From an uncultured Alphaproteobacteria bacterium (GTDB lineage: Bacteria > Pseudomonadota > Alphaproteobacteria > Methylaequorales > Methylaequoraceae): a DNA stretch of 64,000 bases. The position numbers and the translations under genes were made by a program. Shown here in pieces: positions 41,064 to 50,525 of the stretch. The notes beneath the pieces were generated by a model that ran no database searches, was not told the origin of the DNA, and worked only from the letters and a program-made list of their open reading frames with translations. The stretch lies in NCBI GenBank assembly GCA_902617375.1, contig CACMWI010000001.1, positions 64,090-128,089 of the forward strand. Reading direction: 5' to 3'. Each line of letters begins with the position of its first letter. Position 1 is the stretch's first letter.

Positions 41064-43574
41064 TTACCAAGTGAATTTCATGCCACCAAAGACTGTAAGT
41101 GGTTGACCTGGTGTAACAAAAGTTCCACTACCTCCTGTTCCGTCCACCTCATTTTCAGCTAAAATTCCACCACTCTCAAAATTTGTATCTAGAAGATTTC
41201 TTCCTTCAAGAAATATAGAAGTGCTGAATCCAGCTGATTCAGCATTAGCTCTTGGAACTGTGTATTCCAAGGACGCGTTTAGAAGAAAATAGCCAGGAAC
41301 TTGTTTTCCTTCCGCATTATTTTCGTCACCTCTGTAAAACTGCCTTGAATTATATTCTGTGTCTACAAATACTCCTAAACCATCAAAAGAGATAAAACCA
41401 ATGCCAATCCTACCAATGTGGGGAGATATACCAGGAATAGCGTCACCGGGGCCCACTTGAATTTGATATGATTCTCTAGCTTCACACGAATCTTGGTCAG
41501 CTGTAGCAGCGGCATTACCACCACCACCATATTCTTCGGGACCTGAACATGGATGAGGATTTTCTGAGTGTCCAGCACTTGCAATCTTTTGATGAGTTTC
41601 AAATGAAGCCCTAACATATGAATAATTACCATACCAAGTAATGTTTTTTCCTAGTTTACCGTTTATAGCTAACTCTGTCCCCATCCTTTGAGTATTACCA
41701 ACGTTTCTAAAATAACCTGTGCCAACTCTATTTCCACCAATGAAAATGATGTCGTTGTAGTTTCGTCCTGCAAAAGCTGTTGCATTCCAATTAATACTGT
41801 GATCCAAACCGAATAAATTTAGACTATCTTTTACGCCCCTCGCTCCAAACTCAAAACTTCTATTTTTAACTTCATCTAAAGGAGGGTCAGCTTGGAATGA
41901 GTTTGGAAGTCTGCACGGTTGAGCGGGGTCAGCACAACCAAGTTCTGCAACTGAAGGATTACGACTCGACTCTTTGTATGTTGCATAAACTGTGGTATTG
42001 CGAAGCACAAATGTGTCCCCTAACTTTCTGGTTATTCCAACCCCAGGGTTAAATTCATTGAAAAAATGGTGTCCTTCAAGTGCCGTGGAGTATTGGTCTT
42101 CCATTTTAAGAGAAGCCCAATTCCATCTTCCAGACAAATTTAAAGAAGTGGCATCATCCAAATCAATTGTGTTGCTTCCATACAGAGCTAAGTTATGTGT
42201 TGTTGCTTCAAGATTTGTTATAAAAATGTTTTCACCCTCGGAATCTTGACTGAGAAGAACTCCAGTACCTTGAACGCCTCTATCAGCCTGAATTATGCCA
42301 AGTTCTGTCGAAGAAGCGAAACTGTTATGTGAAAACTCGTAAGAAAGACCTGTAATGAGTGTGTTATCTTTATTGTATAAACCGTGATCAAGTGTAGACT
42401 GGAAGTTTAACCCCATTTGATTTTGTTTCGTGTTAGATCTATTTATTGCACCAATACTCTCGACTTCATTTTCATCATCTTCAAGTTCTAAACCGAGTGC
42501 GGTGTAATTAATTGCAGCTCCTGAAACATCAAGATATCGTTCGGTGGATCCGCCAGCAATTTCTAACTCTGAGCAAAGAATTCCATCCGCTGCCCCTTGA
42601 GTGAAATTATATCCCTTACCACAATCTCCTGCTTCAAACTCATCACCATTATAATTTCTTCTTTCCATATGACGGTAGAAGATATTGCCCTGAACCGACA
42701 ACTTATCATTTACAAAATGATTTCCACCAAAATTAGCATAATAATTTTTATTATGCGTGTTATCAGGATAGGTATAAACAGCATCTCTTCCCTCTAAATC
42801 CATTAATGTTAAAGGCACGGCACCGTTACCTCTTAAATCTGTGTAAGCTTGACCAAAATTTACAAAGAGCTCTGTATCATCATTTGGTCTATACCTTACA
42901 TCCCCAAAAACAGTGTTTAAATATGATTCAGAATGTTCTCTATACCCATTGTCGTAATTGAAATTTGCTCCCAAATATACACCAAAATCTCCAAATTCTT
43001 GTCCATATTCAAGAATCTCATTCGTTCTTCCATGATTACCCCCAGAGGTGGTTAAGTTTGCACCTTGAAAATTGAAACCGTTCTTCATCTCCATTGTGAT
43101 TGCTCCTCCAAGTGCATTTTGACCAAAAATTGGGTCGCCACCCGTAAAAATTTGCATGCTGTGTGTAGCAAAATCAGGAACTAAATCCCACTGAACAACT
43201 TCTCCAAAAGATTCATTAATTCTCATACCATTTTGATAAACGGCTATAGATTGGGCTGTACCTAAAAGGGGACCACCAACGTAACCTCTAAAATTAATAT
43301 CATTCTGCATAGGAGAACTATTCAGATTAAACAATGAAATACCTGTTGTTTCTCTGTTTAATGTTTCTGTAATTGATAAATTCTTTTTTTTGCCAAGTTG
43401 GTCCCTGTTAATTGTTTGAATCTTACCTGGAACCCTGTCTATGTCTAAGCCTGAGCCTTGAACTGGTGTTACCGATATTATGTTTACGTCTGGAGCAACA
43501 TAAGTCCTGTCTTGGGCTAGTGTGTGAGTTGAAATTAGAACTAAGGGAAGATATTTGAGAAAAATATTTTTCAT
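41064..43574 (-). CDS. TonB-dependent outer-membrane receptor
   Basis: 836 aa. A signal peptide is followed by an N-terminal plug (DVNIISVTPVQGSGLDIDRVPGKIQTI) and a long Gly/Asn/Tyr-rich beta-barrel. The C-terminal aromatic terminus is …GGMKFTW. Confidence 0.85.
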   Translation of the reverse strand: MKNIFLKYLPLVLISTHTLAQDRTYVAPDVNIISVTPVQGSGLDIDRVPGKIQTINRDQLGKKKNLSITETLNRETTGISLFNLNSSPMQNDINFRGYVGGPLLGTAQSIAVYQNGMRINESFGEVVQWDLVPDFATHSMQIFTGGDPIFGQNALGGAITMEMKNGFNFQGANLTTSGGNHGRTNEILEYGQEFGDFGVYLGANFNYDNGYREHSESYLNTVFGDVRYRPNDDTELFVNFGQAYTDLRGNGAVPLTLMDLEGRDAVYTYPDNTHNKNYYANFGGNHFVNDKLSVQGNIFYRHMERRNYNGDEFEAGDCGKGYNFTQGAADGILCSELEIAGGSTERYLDVSGAAINYTALGLELEDDENEVESIGAINRSNTKQNQMGLNFQSTLDHGLYNKDNTLITGLSYEFSHNSFASSTELGIIQADRGVQGTGVLLSQDSEGENIFITNLEATTHNLALYGSNTIDLDDATSLNLSGRWNWASLKMEDQYSTALEGHHFFNEFNPGVGITRKLGDTFVLRNTTVYATYKESSRNPSVAELGCADPAQPCRLPNSFQADPPLDEVKNRSFEFGARGVKDSLNLFGLDHSINWNATAFAGRNYNDIIFIGGNRVGTGYFRNVGNTQRMGTELAINGKLGKNITWYGNYSYVRASFETHQKIASAGHSENPHPCSGPEEYGGGGNAAATADQDSCEARESYQIQVGPGDAIPGISPHIGRIGIGFISFDGLGVFVDTEYNSRQFYRGDENNAEGKQVPGYFLLNASLEYTVPRANAESAGFSTSIFLEGRNLLDTNFESGGILAENEVDGTGGSGTFVTPGQPLTVFGGMKFTW

Positions 43575-43664
43575 TAAACGATATTTATTTAATATTAAAA
43601 TGAATTGTAATGCTATAAATATATTTTACCTTGTCAATAACGATTTTGAACTTATGTTATCATT

Positions 43665-44114
43665 ATGTTTGCTATATTTGAAAAACTAAAAAGCGAAGAC
43701 CTCAAGACTCAAGAACTCTCATCTATTGACAAAGCTATTTTAATATCGACCCTTTTAGTTGAATGTGCTAGAAGCGATAACAATTTTACTAATACAGAAA
43801 AAGAGCAAATAAAAAAAATTTTAAAGAACAAGTTACATCTTGATTCTTCTGAGGTTGAAAAATGTTTTGAAACAGCTAACGAAAGCTCTGAAAAAAGCAT
43901 TGAAATTTATTCGTTAACTAAAGAAATCAGAGATAATTTTGATAAAGACGAAATACTCTTCATTTTTGAGTTGCTCTGGAAAATAATTTTATCAGACGGC
44001 GTTATTGATGATTTTGAGTCTTCAATGATGACAAAGCTCACTGGACTATTTCATTTAACAGGAAAAGAAAATGCAGAGGCAAAAAAAAATGCACAAACTG
44101 CACTTAATCTTTAA
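43665..44114 (+). CDS. TerB-like (tellurite-resistance TerB / DjlA-N-terminal-like) domain protein
   Basis: 149 aa all-helical protein with a duplicated D-x-E-E / acidic pattern (SIDKAILISTLLVECARSDNNFTNTEKEQIKKIL, KDEILFIFELLWKIILSDGVIDDFESSMMTKL). Confidence 0.55.
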   Translation: MFAIFEKLKSEDLKTQELSSIDKAILISTLLVECARSDNNFTNTEKEQIKKILKNKLHLDSSEVEKCFETANESSEKSIEIYSLTKEIRDNFDKDEILFIFELLWKIILSDGVIDDFESSMMTKLTGLFHLTGKENAEAKKNAQTALNL

Positions 44115-44397
44115 AAAAATCAGATTTTCTCATTTTTAATTTTTTCCTAGAGACTTCAAACTTCTTTCTATTCTTGATTGATTTAGAGTGAACTCTTTCT
44201 CTCCATAATTTAAAGCTTTTTGTTTTTAAAGTTCTTCGCATTATGTTAATTACATCAGACTCAGATTTTCCAGTTTTTTCAAATATTTCTTCAAATGTAA
44301 TTCTATCAGCCCATGCAGCCCAAACTATCCAGTCTGGGTCTGAAATATTAGGTTCTTTATTCTTAACTTTTGTTTCTGGTCTATTTGATTTTTTCAC
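44104..44397 (-). CDS. Small basic conserved hypothetical protein (DUF2805/TIGR03643-like)
   Basis: 97 aa containing the motif DPDWIVWAAWADRITFEEI. It overlaps the TerB-like gene end. Confidence 0.4.
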   Translation of the reverse strand: MKKSNRPETKVKNKEPNISDPDWIVWAAWADRITFEEIFEKTGKSESDVINIMRRTLKTKSFKLWRERVHSKSIKNRKKFEVSRKKLKMRKSDFFKD

Positions 44398-44400
44398 AAC

Positions 44401-44943
44401 TTAGAATAGTTCTGCTTTTAAAATATCCAACTGTGGTTCAAAATTCTTTCCGAAAGCAACAAATCCAATACTTTTTATATCTGACGAACTAAAGAGTGAT
44501 GGTTGATAAAAATTAGATTTTTCAAAATCCTCAAATAAAATTTCATGATCTTCCCAAACTTCTGAAACTACAAATTTTCCTGAATAATATTGCCATGGCA
44601 ATAAAAGAAAAGATGTCCTAATGTGAATAAAATATTCACTTGGCAAACCTCTTGCCTTTATTCTAATTCCATTAAAATTTTCTTTATTTACATCAAAGTT
44701 AGTCCTTATTTGAATAAAGCCACCATTATTTTCAGTACTGACAATACCACTCAGTCTTAAAAAATTATTTTTTTTATCTTTTAATATTTCAAATTTTCCC
44801 TCAGAAATTCCGCCCATTACTTTATCTGACACAAATTCCCATTTTTTTAAAGAATTTTCTGATTCTATGTTTTGAAGTAAATCCATTGCATTTATTTTGT
44901 TAACTAATATAAAAAAAAGTATTAAAAAGAAGTGAAATTTCAT
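44401..44943 (-). CDS. CIA30-family (complex I intermediate-associated protein 30-like) secreted protein
   Basis: 180 aa. A signal peptide is followed by the CIA30 signature (DKVMGGISEG…LRLSGIVSTENNGGFIQIRT). Confidence 0.65.
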   Translation of the reverse strand: MKFHFFLILFFILVNKINAMDLLQNIESENSLKKWEFVSDKVMGGISEGKFEILKDKKNNFLRLSGIVSTENNGGFIQIRTNFDVNKENFNGIRIKARGLPSEYFIHIRTSFLLLPWQYYSGKFVVSEVWEDHEILFEDFEKSNFYQPSLFSSSDIKSIGFVAFGKNFEPQLDILKAELF

Positions 44944-45042
44944 TTTATAATCGTATCATTAGAAACAATTAAAATCTAATTAATGATTTAAAAATTATAT
45001 TAAAATTTATTAAAAAAGTGAGGTCTAGAATGTTAATTAAAT

Positions 45043-45525
45043 TTGAGAATTCGAATGATTAAAAAGGAAATGGTAAATTTGGTTTCTCAAATGCAAAGAA
45101 GATGGGCAAACATTGTGATTGAAATTGGACAAGAATATAAAAAAAAAAACAATGTAGATAATTTAACATCAGAGTTGATGCAAAAAATATATGCTTTTGA
45201 TTATTGTGATGTTTTGTTCAAACCTACTTTGGCGAAGGAAGATCAATTTAGATCATCAAAAGAAGAGTTTTTGTCATATTTTTTAGGCCAAAATAATACG
45301 TGCAAAGAGGACAGCGGGTTTGCAATTAAAAATTGGAAATCGATAGAATTTAATAACTATAAGATCACAGAGTACAATAATTACTTACTTTCTATGGGAA
45401 ATTATTTTTTTAAAGATCAGGAAAATGAAATACTTAAAGTTGAATATACTTTTGGATTTATAAAGATAAATAATAATGAGTTGAGGATCAACCTTCATCA
45501 CTCATCTCTACCTTACGGGGGATGA
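45043..45525 (+). CDS. Hypothetical protein (possibly NTF2-like fold)
   Basis: 160-aa ORF with no recognisable catalytic motif. Confidence 0.3.
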   Translation: MRIRMIKKEMVNLVSQMQRRWANIVIEIGQEYKKKNNVDNLTSELMQKIYAFDYCDVLFKPTLAKEDQFRSSKEEFLSYFLGQNNTCKEDSGFAIKNWKSIEFNNYKITEYNNYLLSMGNYFFKDQENEILKVEYTFGFIKINNNELRINLHHSSLPYGG

Positions 45526-45585
45526 CCTAGTTGAAAATGAATTCAAAAAATTTTAAATTTTGCTAGAACACAATTATTTTTAAAA

Positions 45586-46263
45586 ATGAATAAAGGACTT
45601 GTAACAAATATCACCACGCTGTTAATAACTATATATGGAACAGTATCTCCATTCTATTCTGCAGAAATTTTTATGGCGGGTTTATTCGGATTATCGGGTG
45701 GATTGACTAACTGGCTTGCCGTTCATATGCTTTTTGAGAAAGTTCCACTTCTTATTGGCTCCGGTGTTATTCCGTTGAGATTTAAAGAGTTCAAGGAAGG
45801 AATAAAAAACTTAATTATGCATGAGTTTTTTTCTTCCAAAGCTTTGGAGAATTTTTCATCAACAAAAAATCTTCCTGTAGATGAAATTTTAAATAAAATT
45901 AACTATGACGAGATCTATCTTAAGCTTATCGAAGCGATAAAAGAATCATCGTTAGGATCTATGCTTCAAATGGTTGGGGGTGAAAAAGCTTTAGAACCTT
46001 TAAAGGAACCATTAAAAACTAAAATTAAAGAAACAATAGATGAATTAAAAAATAAAAATTTTGCTAATAGTTCACTTTCTGAAGATTTTAAAAGTGAAGT
46101 TGAGTTAATAATTGACTCAAGGTTAAATGAATTAAGCCCAGAACAAGTAAAGTTTATAATAAAAGATATTATCCACAAACATCTTGGATGGTTGGTTGTG
46201 TGGGGAGGCGTATTTGGGTTTTTGATTGGACTTATTTTAGGCTTTCTTGGAGGTTTAAGTTGA
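45586..46263 (+). CDS. DUF445-family membrane protein
   Basis: 225 aa. It has N- and C-terminal TM helices and the DUF445 motif LSGGLTNWLAVHMLF. Confidence 0.6.
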   Translation: MNKGLVTNITTLLITIYGTVSPFYSAEIFMAGLFGLSGGLTNWLAVHMLFEKVPLLIGSGVIPLRFKEFKEGIKNLIMHEFFSSKALENFSSTKNLPVDEILNKINYDEIYLKLIEAIKESSLGSMLQMVGGEKALEPLKEPLKTKIKETIDELKNKNFANSSLSEDFKSEVELIIDSRLNELSPEQVKFIIKDIIHKHLGWLVVWGGVFGFLIGLILGFLGGLS

Positions 46264-47735
46264 AAAAAACGTTTTTTAATTTTAATAATACATACCATAA
46301 ATTACCAAAAACTTTTTATCAAGAAATCAAACCAAAACCAGTATCAAATCCAAAATTAATAGAATTCAATTTTGAACTTTCAAAATTTCTGAACGTTAAT
46401 AATTCTGTTGCCGACCAAGATCAAGGCAAACTAATTTTCTCAGGAAATAGTTTGCCCGCAGGAGCCAAACCAATCGCAATGGTCTATGCTGGGCATCAGT
46501 TTGGAAATTTTGTGCCACAACTAGGTGATGGAAGAGCTATTTTAATTGGCGAACAGATTGCAAAAAATGGAGAAAGATTTGATATACAACTTAAAGGATC
46601 AGGGAGAACTGCTTTCTCTAGACAAGGAGATGGAAGATCTCCACTTGGGCCTGTTATAAGAGAGTATATCCTTAGTGAATCATTGCATTATCTTGGAATA
46701 AAGAGTACGCGTTCATTAGCAATGGTAAGTACTGGAGAAACTGTTCTGAGAGAGGAGCCTTTGAAAGGAGGAATTTTAACCAGAGTTGCTTCAAGTCACA
46801 TAAGAATTGGAACATTTGAATTTTTCTTTTTTAAAGAGGATTTTTCTTCTCTGAAAAAATTGGCTGATTATTCAATTGCAAGACATTTTGCAATAAAAAA
46901 CAAAAATAAACCTTATGAATATCTTTTAGAAAGTGTAATTAAGTTACAAGCCGAATTAGTAGCAAAATGGATGAGTGTGGGCTTTATTCATGGAGTAATG
47001 AACACAGATAATACTTCTATAAGCGGAGAGACCATAGACTTTGGCCCATGCGCGTTTATGGATGAATACCATCCGACTAGAGTCTTTAGTTATATTGATC
47101 AAGGTGGAAGATATTCTTATATTAATCAAGGTAAAATAATGTTGTGGAACCTATCTAAGTTTGCAGAATGCCTTATACCTCTCTTAGACAATAATTTTGA
47201 AACTGCCAAAAAAAAAGCCATTAATTGTTTAGAAATCTATCCAAAATATTTTGAGGAATGTTGGTTAGATGAAATGAGAAAAAAATTAGGATTTAAAAAA
47301 AAAATAAAAGATGACCATATTTTGATAAACGATTTTTTTAAAATAATGCAAAAAAATAATATGGATTTTACGTTATCTTTCAGAAATCTTTCAAAAATTA
47401 CTTCCTCCAAAATAAACAGTTTTTTTGAAAAAGAATTGAAAGCATCAAAAGAAACAAAAAATTGGTTTGAAAAATGGAATAAAAGACTTGAGACTGAAAA
47501 TTCATCACGGTTAATTATTTCAAAAAAAATGTTAAAAATAAACCCAATTTATATTCCAAGAAATCACTTGGTAGAGTCCGTAATACATCAAGCTATGCAA
47601 GAAAATAATTTTTCAAAGATGAGGGAACTTTTAGAATTGGTTCGAGAACCATTCAAAGAAAAAAAATCAAAAAACTCCTACGGCCTGCCTCCAAAACCAG
47701 ATGAGGTAGTTACAAATACTTTCTGTGGAACTTAA
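46260..47735 (+). CDS. selO: Protein adenylyl/UMPyl-transferase SelO (YdiU, UPF0061)
   Basis: The SelO pseudokinase core is present (MVYAGHQFGNFVPQLGDGRAILIGE…LKGSGRTAFSRQGDGR…HGVMNTDN). A probable TTG start at 46260 overlaps the upstream stop by 4 nt, so the track's 46188 start is likely too early. Confidence 0.85.
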   Translation: MKKTFFNFNNTYHKLPKTFYQEIKPKPVSNPKLIEFNFELSKFLNVNNSVADQDQGKLIFSGNSLPAGAKPIAMVYAGHQFGNFVPQLGDGRAILIGEQIAKNGERFDIQLKGSGRTAFSRQGDGRSPLGPVIREYILSESLHYLGIKSTRSLAMVSTGETVLREEPLKGGILTRVASSHIRIGTFEFFFFKEDFSSLKKLADYSIARHFAIKNKNKPYEYLLESVIKLQAELVAKWMSVGFIHGVMNTDNTSISGETIDFGPCAFMDEYHPTRVFSYIDQGGRYSYINQGKIMLWNLSKFAECLIPLLDNNFETAKKKAINCLEIYPKYFEECWLDEMRKKLGFKKKIKDDHILINDFFKIMQKNNMDFTLSFRNLSKITSSKINSFFEKELKASKETKNWFEKWNKRLETENSSRLIISKKMLKINPIYIPRNHLVESVIHQAMQENNFSKMRELLELVREPFKEKKSKNSYGLPPKPDEVVTNTFCGT

Positions 47736-48139
47736 AGAACTGAGAATCCAAATTTTTTGCTTTGATTTAAAATTTGGTCTTCTGCTTCAAGCCAAAGTGG
47801 AATGGCTTGATCTAGAATTTTATACCCTTTTTCAGTTAATTTCATTACTTTTTTTCTTGAGTCCTTTGATTTTATTTGTTTAATAAGTCCATCTTTAAGC
47901 AGAATATTTAAACCTCTTGTTAGAGTTGTTCTGTCCATAGATAGTTCCTCTGAAAGTGAAATCAAAGTCTTATTTTCAGTTGTCGCTATAAATGATAGTA
48001 TAGTGAATTGAGTTATTCTAATGCCTACCGATTTTAATTTTCTATCGTAAAACTGAGTAGTTAATCGTGAAGCTTTTCTCATTTTAAAGCATTTACAACT
48101 TGTTAATTGTCTGTATTTGAATGATTTAGTTCTTTCCAT
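47732..48139 (-). CDS. MarR-family transcriptional regulator
   Basis: 135 aa with a winged-HTH domain (GIRITQFTILSFIATTENKTLISLSEELSMDRTTLTRGLNILLKDGLI). Confidence 0.8.
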   Translation of the reverse strand: MERTKSFKYRQLTSCKCFKMRKASRLTTQFYDRKLKSVGIRITQFTILSFIATTENKTLISLSEELSMDRTTLTRGLNILLKDGLIKQIKSKDSRKKVMKLTEKGYKILDQAIPLWLEAEDQILNQSKKFGFSVL

Positions 48140-48190
48140 ATATTTTTAAAAATTTTAGTTATAAATAATTCATAATTTAGCATTCATCAT

Positions 48191-48559
48191 CTAATGCGAA
48201 TCTAAATCTTTTTTAATATCCTTATGGTCTCCAATTACAATATGATTTTTACTTTTTGTTACAAATCTCTCAAGAAGTGGAATAAAGGCAAGAGGGATTA
48301 AACCGCCAACTACAATTCCTAAAATCATGCTTCTAATGTGCGGATCAAGATAACTAGCAATTGCGTCAGCAATTATATGAGATAGTGCAGCTCCGAATAT
48401 GCCAGCAACATAACCGTTAGAAATAATTTTTAGAAATCTATTGATACTGAAAGCTGAATAATATCCAACCAACATAATACTTACATGCACAAATCCAAAT
48501 ATAAGGCCTCTTAGGTTTGCAGCAGTTTCACTGAATAAATTTTCTAACAAATGTTCCAT
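48191..48559 (-). CDS. Hypothetical small membrane protein (3-4 TM)
   Basis: 122 aa, hydrophobic, with no recognisable family motif. Confidence 0.4.
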   Translation of the reverse strand: MEHLLENLFSETAANLRGLIFGFVHVSIMLVGYYSAFSINRFLKIISNGYVAGIFGAALSHIIADAIASYLDPHIRSMILGIVVGGLIPLAFIPLLERFVTKSKNHIVIGDHKDIKKDLDSH

Positions 48560-48685
48560 TAACTCTATTTTTTAATACCAAATTAATAAGAGTATTTAAC
48601 TAGTTTTACTTTTTTAAGTAAATTAATTTATTACTAAATGATAAATAAGATTGACTTCAAGAAAATTATACAGATAAAGTTTTGA

Positions 48686-49120
48686 ATGTACTTTCTTATT
48701 TTTCTTCTTTTTCTTCTAAATTTCGGAACGGTATCAAATGCCGATGAACTAATATTAGTCTGTAAAATGAATTATGGTATTTCAGGTGAGAACGATGAAA
48801 CTGATATCGAGTTTAAAAATTTGAGTATTATAGACGAAGATCTGGTGGTATTCTTAAATGTTGAAAAAAAATGGTTATCCGTTGAAAGTGAAAGAGATTT
48901 TAAAGAAAGTGGTGGAAAAATCAGTAAATCAAATTTTTTAGAAACAGATTCCAATATCTTTTCTATGTCTTATTTCGAAAATAATGGAACATTAGTGAGA
49001 AAAAATATTATTGAATTAAATCGATATACTGGTTTTATTAAACACGAATTCAGAACTAGTATAGAAACAATTTATAGAACTGGAACTTGTAAAGTATCAA
49101 AAAATAAAAGATTGTTTTAG
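48686..49120 (+). CDS. Small secreted two-cysteine protein, a paralogue of the island cargo family
   Basis: 144 aa. The signal peptide is followed by LILVCK near the mature N-terminus and TGTCKVSKN near the C-terminus. The same L-x-C-K/E … G-x-C-K/N scaffold occurs in the 52034 and 54083 genes. Confidence 0.5.
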   Translation: MYFLIFLLFLLNFGTVSNADELILVCKMNYGISGENDETDIEFKNLSIIDEDLVVFLNVEKKWLSVESERDFKESGGKISKSNFLETDSNIFSMSYFENNGTLVRKNIIELNRYTGFIKHEFRTSIETIYRTGTCKVSKNKRLF

Positions 49121-49182
49121 GAGTTTGCCAAATTGTTTGATTTATTCAGATTTTTATTTTCAACTCTATAAATATAAAATTT

Positions 49183-49205
49183 TTTATGGCGGAGAGAGAG
49201 GGATT
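49183..49205. repeat. attL-like 23-bp direct repeat (copy of the tRNA-Ser 3' end)
   Basis: TTTATGGCGGAGAGAGAGGGATT is identical to 56535..56557. Positions 5-23 are the reverse complement of the 3' acceptor/T-arm end of tRNA-Ser(GGA), including CCA. Confidence 0.85.
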
Positions 49206-49286
49206 GTCCACATACGCCTCTTAAATCCCTATTAATCAGGGAAATTAGGTGACTTAAAATATTTTTAGGGGTAAAGTCTAGGGGTA

Positions 49287-50522
49287 ATGACGATAATTAA
49301 GCAGGGAAATATCTATCATGCAGAGTTAAAAGTACCTAGAGATGTAAGGGAAATAATAGGTCAGAATAAATTTAGAAAGTCTTTGCAAACTACTGACATC
49401 AAAGAAGCTAAAAGAAAAGAACCAATCATAGTTTCAGCTTGGAAGGAAAAAATAGAAATAGCTAGAGGTAATGGCGGTGATATCAAGCAACTTGCACAAC
49501 AATATAGAGAAGCAAGTGACGAGGCTAAGGATGCTCTGGAGGATGTGTTTCAAGATATGGTTGCCGACGATTATGGGAAGGTGCATTATTCAGATTTAAG
49601 TCCTGAGCAAAGTGAGAAAGCTTTTTATAAATATGAAATTCTCACAGGTAAAATTATTCAAACAAATATATTGCTGAAAGAATGGTTAGACAGTTGGGAA
49701 GTAAATCCAAAAGGTAAAGAGCAAGGTCAACGATTTGTTGAAGAGTTTTGCAAAAAGTTTCCAGCAACAAGAGATGTAACTAAACAAAGTTTGTTTGAGT
49801 GGTGTTCCTTTATGATGGAAGTAAAGGAGTTAACAAAAAAAACAATTAGTTGTCGTTTGTCTCCTTGCAAAATGTATTGGCAACATCTTCAAATAAAGGG
49901 GTATGTTGATCCCGATAAAAATCCATTTACAAATTTAAGGCTAACTCAAAAATCTAAATCTAAAAAAAATAATTCGAGAGAGGAATTTTCTATTGATGAA
50001 ATCAACCAACTTTCTAAAGAAATAAAAAATAAAAGTGACCCTGAGCTGTATTACTTATTTCAAATTGCTATATACACAGGAGCAAGAATTGAAGAGATTT
50101 GTAAAATAAAAAAGAGAGATATTGGAAAAGAATTTATAAAAATTACTGATTCCAAAACTAGTGCTGGTATCCGAGAGGTTCCTATTCACAATCAACTTAC
50201 AGGATTAATAAAGGAGTTAAAAAATTCTCCAGAAGAAAAATATCTTATTAGTAATTTAGTGCCAAACAAGTTTGGTGAACGATCAGCTAGTATTGGTAAA
50301 AGATTCGGTCGATTGAAAAAGGGATTAGGGTTCAGTTCGACAAAAGTATTTCACTCAATTAGAAAGACAGTTGTCACACAATTAGAACAAGCTGAGGTCC
50401 CTGAGTCCGTTACTGCTGATATTGTTGGACACGAAAAAAAAACAATTACTTATGGCTTGTATAGTGGTGGGAGTAGCCTTAAACAAAAACTAGAGGCTAT
50501 TAATAAGATAAGTTATGATTAA
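49287..50522 (+). CDS. int: Tyrosine-type site-specific recombinase/integrase
   Basis: 411 aa with an N-terminal arm-binding/SAM-like region and a C-terminal catalytic domain containing the R…HxxR…Y pattern (TGARIEEICKIK…HSIRKTVVTQLEQ…ITYGLYSGG). Confidence 0.85.
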   Translation: MTIIKQGNIYHAELKVPRDVREIIGQNKFRKSLQTTDIKEAKRKEPIIVSAWKEKIEIARGNGGDIKQLAQQYREASDEAKDALEDVFQDMVADDYGKVHYSDLSPEQSEKAFYKYEILTGKIIQTNILLKEWLDSWEVNPKGKEQGQRFVEEFCKKFPATRDVTKQSLFEWCSFMMEVKELTKKTISCRLSPCKMYWQHLQIKGYVDPDKNPFTNLRLTQKSKSKKNNSREEFSIDEINQLSKEIKNKSDPELYYLFQIAIYTGARIEEICKIKKRDIGKEFIKITDSKTSAGIREVPIHNQLTGLIKELKNSPEEKYLISNLVPNKFGERSASIGKRFGRLKKGLGFSSTKVFHSIRKTVVTQLEQAEVPESVTADIVGHEKKTITYGLYSGGSSLKQKLEAINKISYD

Positions 50523-50525
50523 AGT

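Noticed and set aside
49206-49262. Inverted repeats GGGATT…AATCCC and CCCT-ATTAATC-AGGG immediately inside attL as integrase core-type sites
   Set aside because: They are real in the sequence, but short palindromes are frequent. Without a matching pair at attR I could not support calling them binding sites, and the TAGGGGTAA motifs are the stronger candidates.
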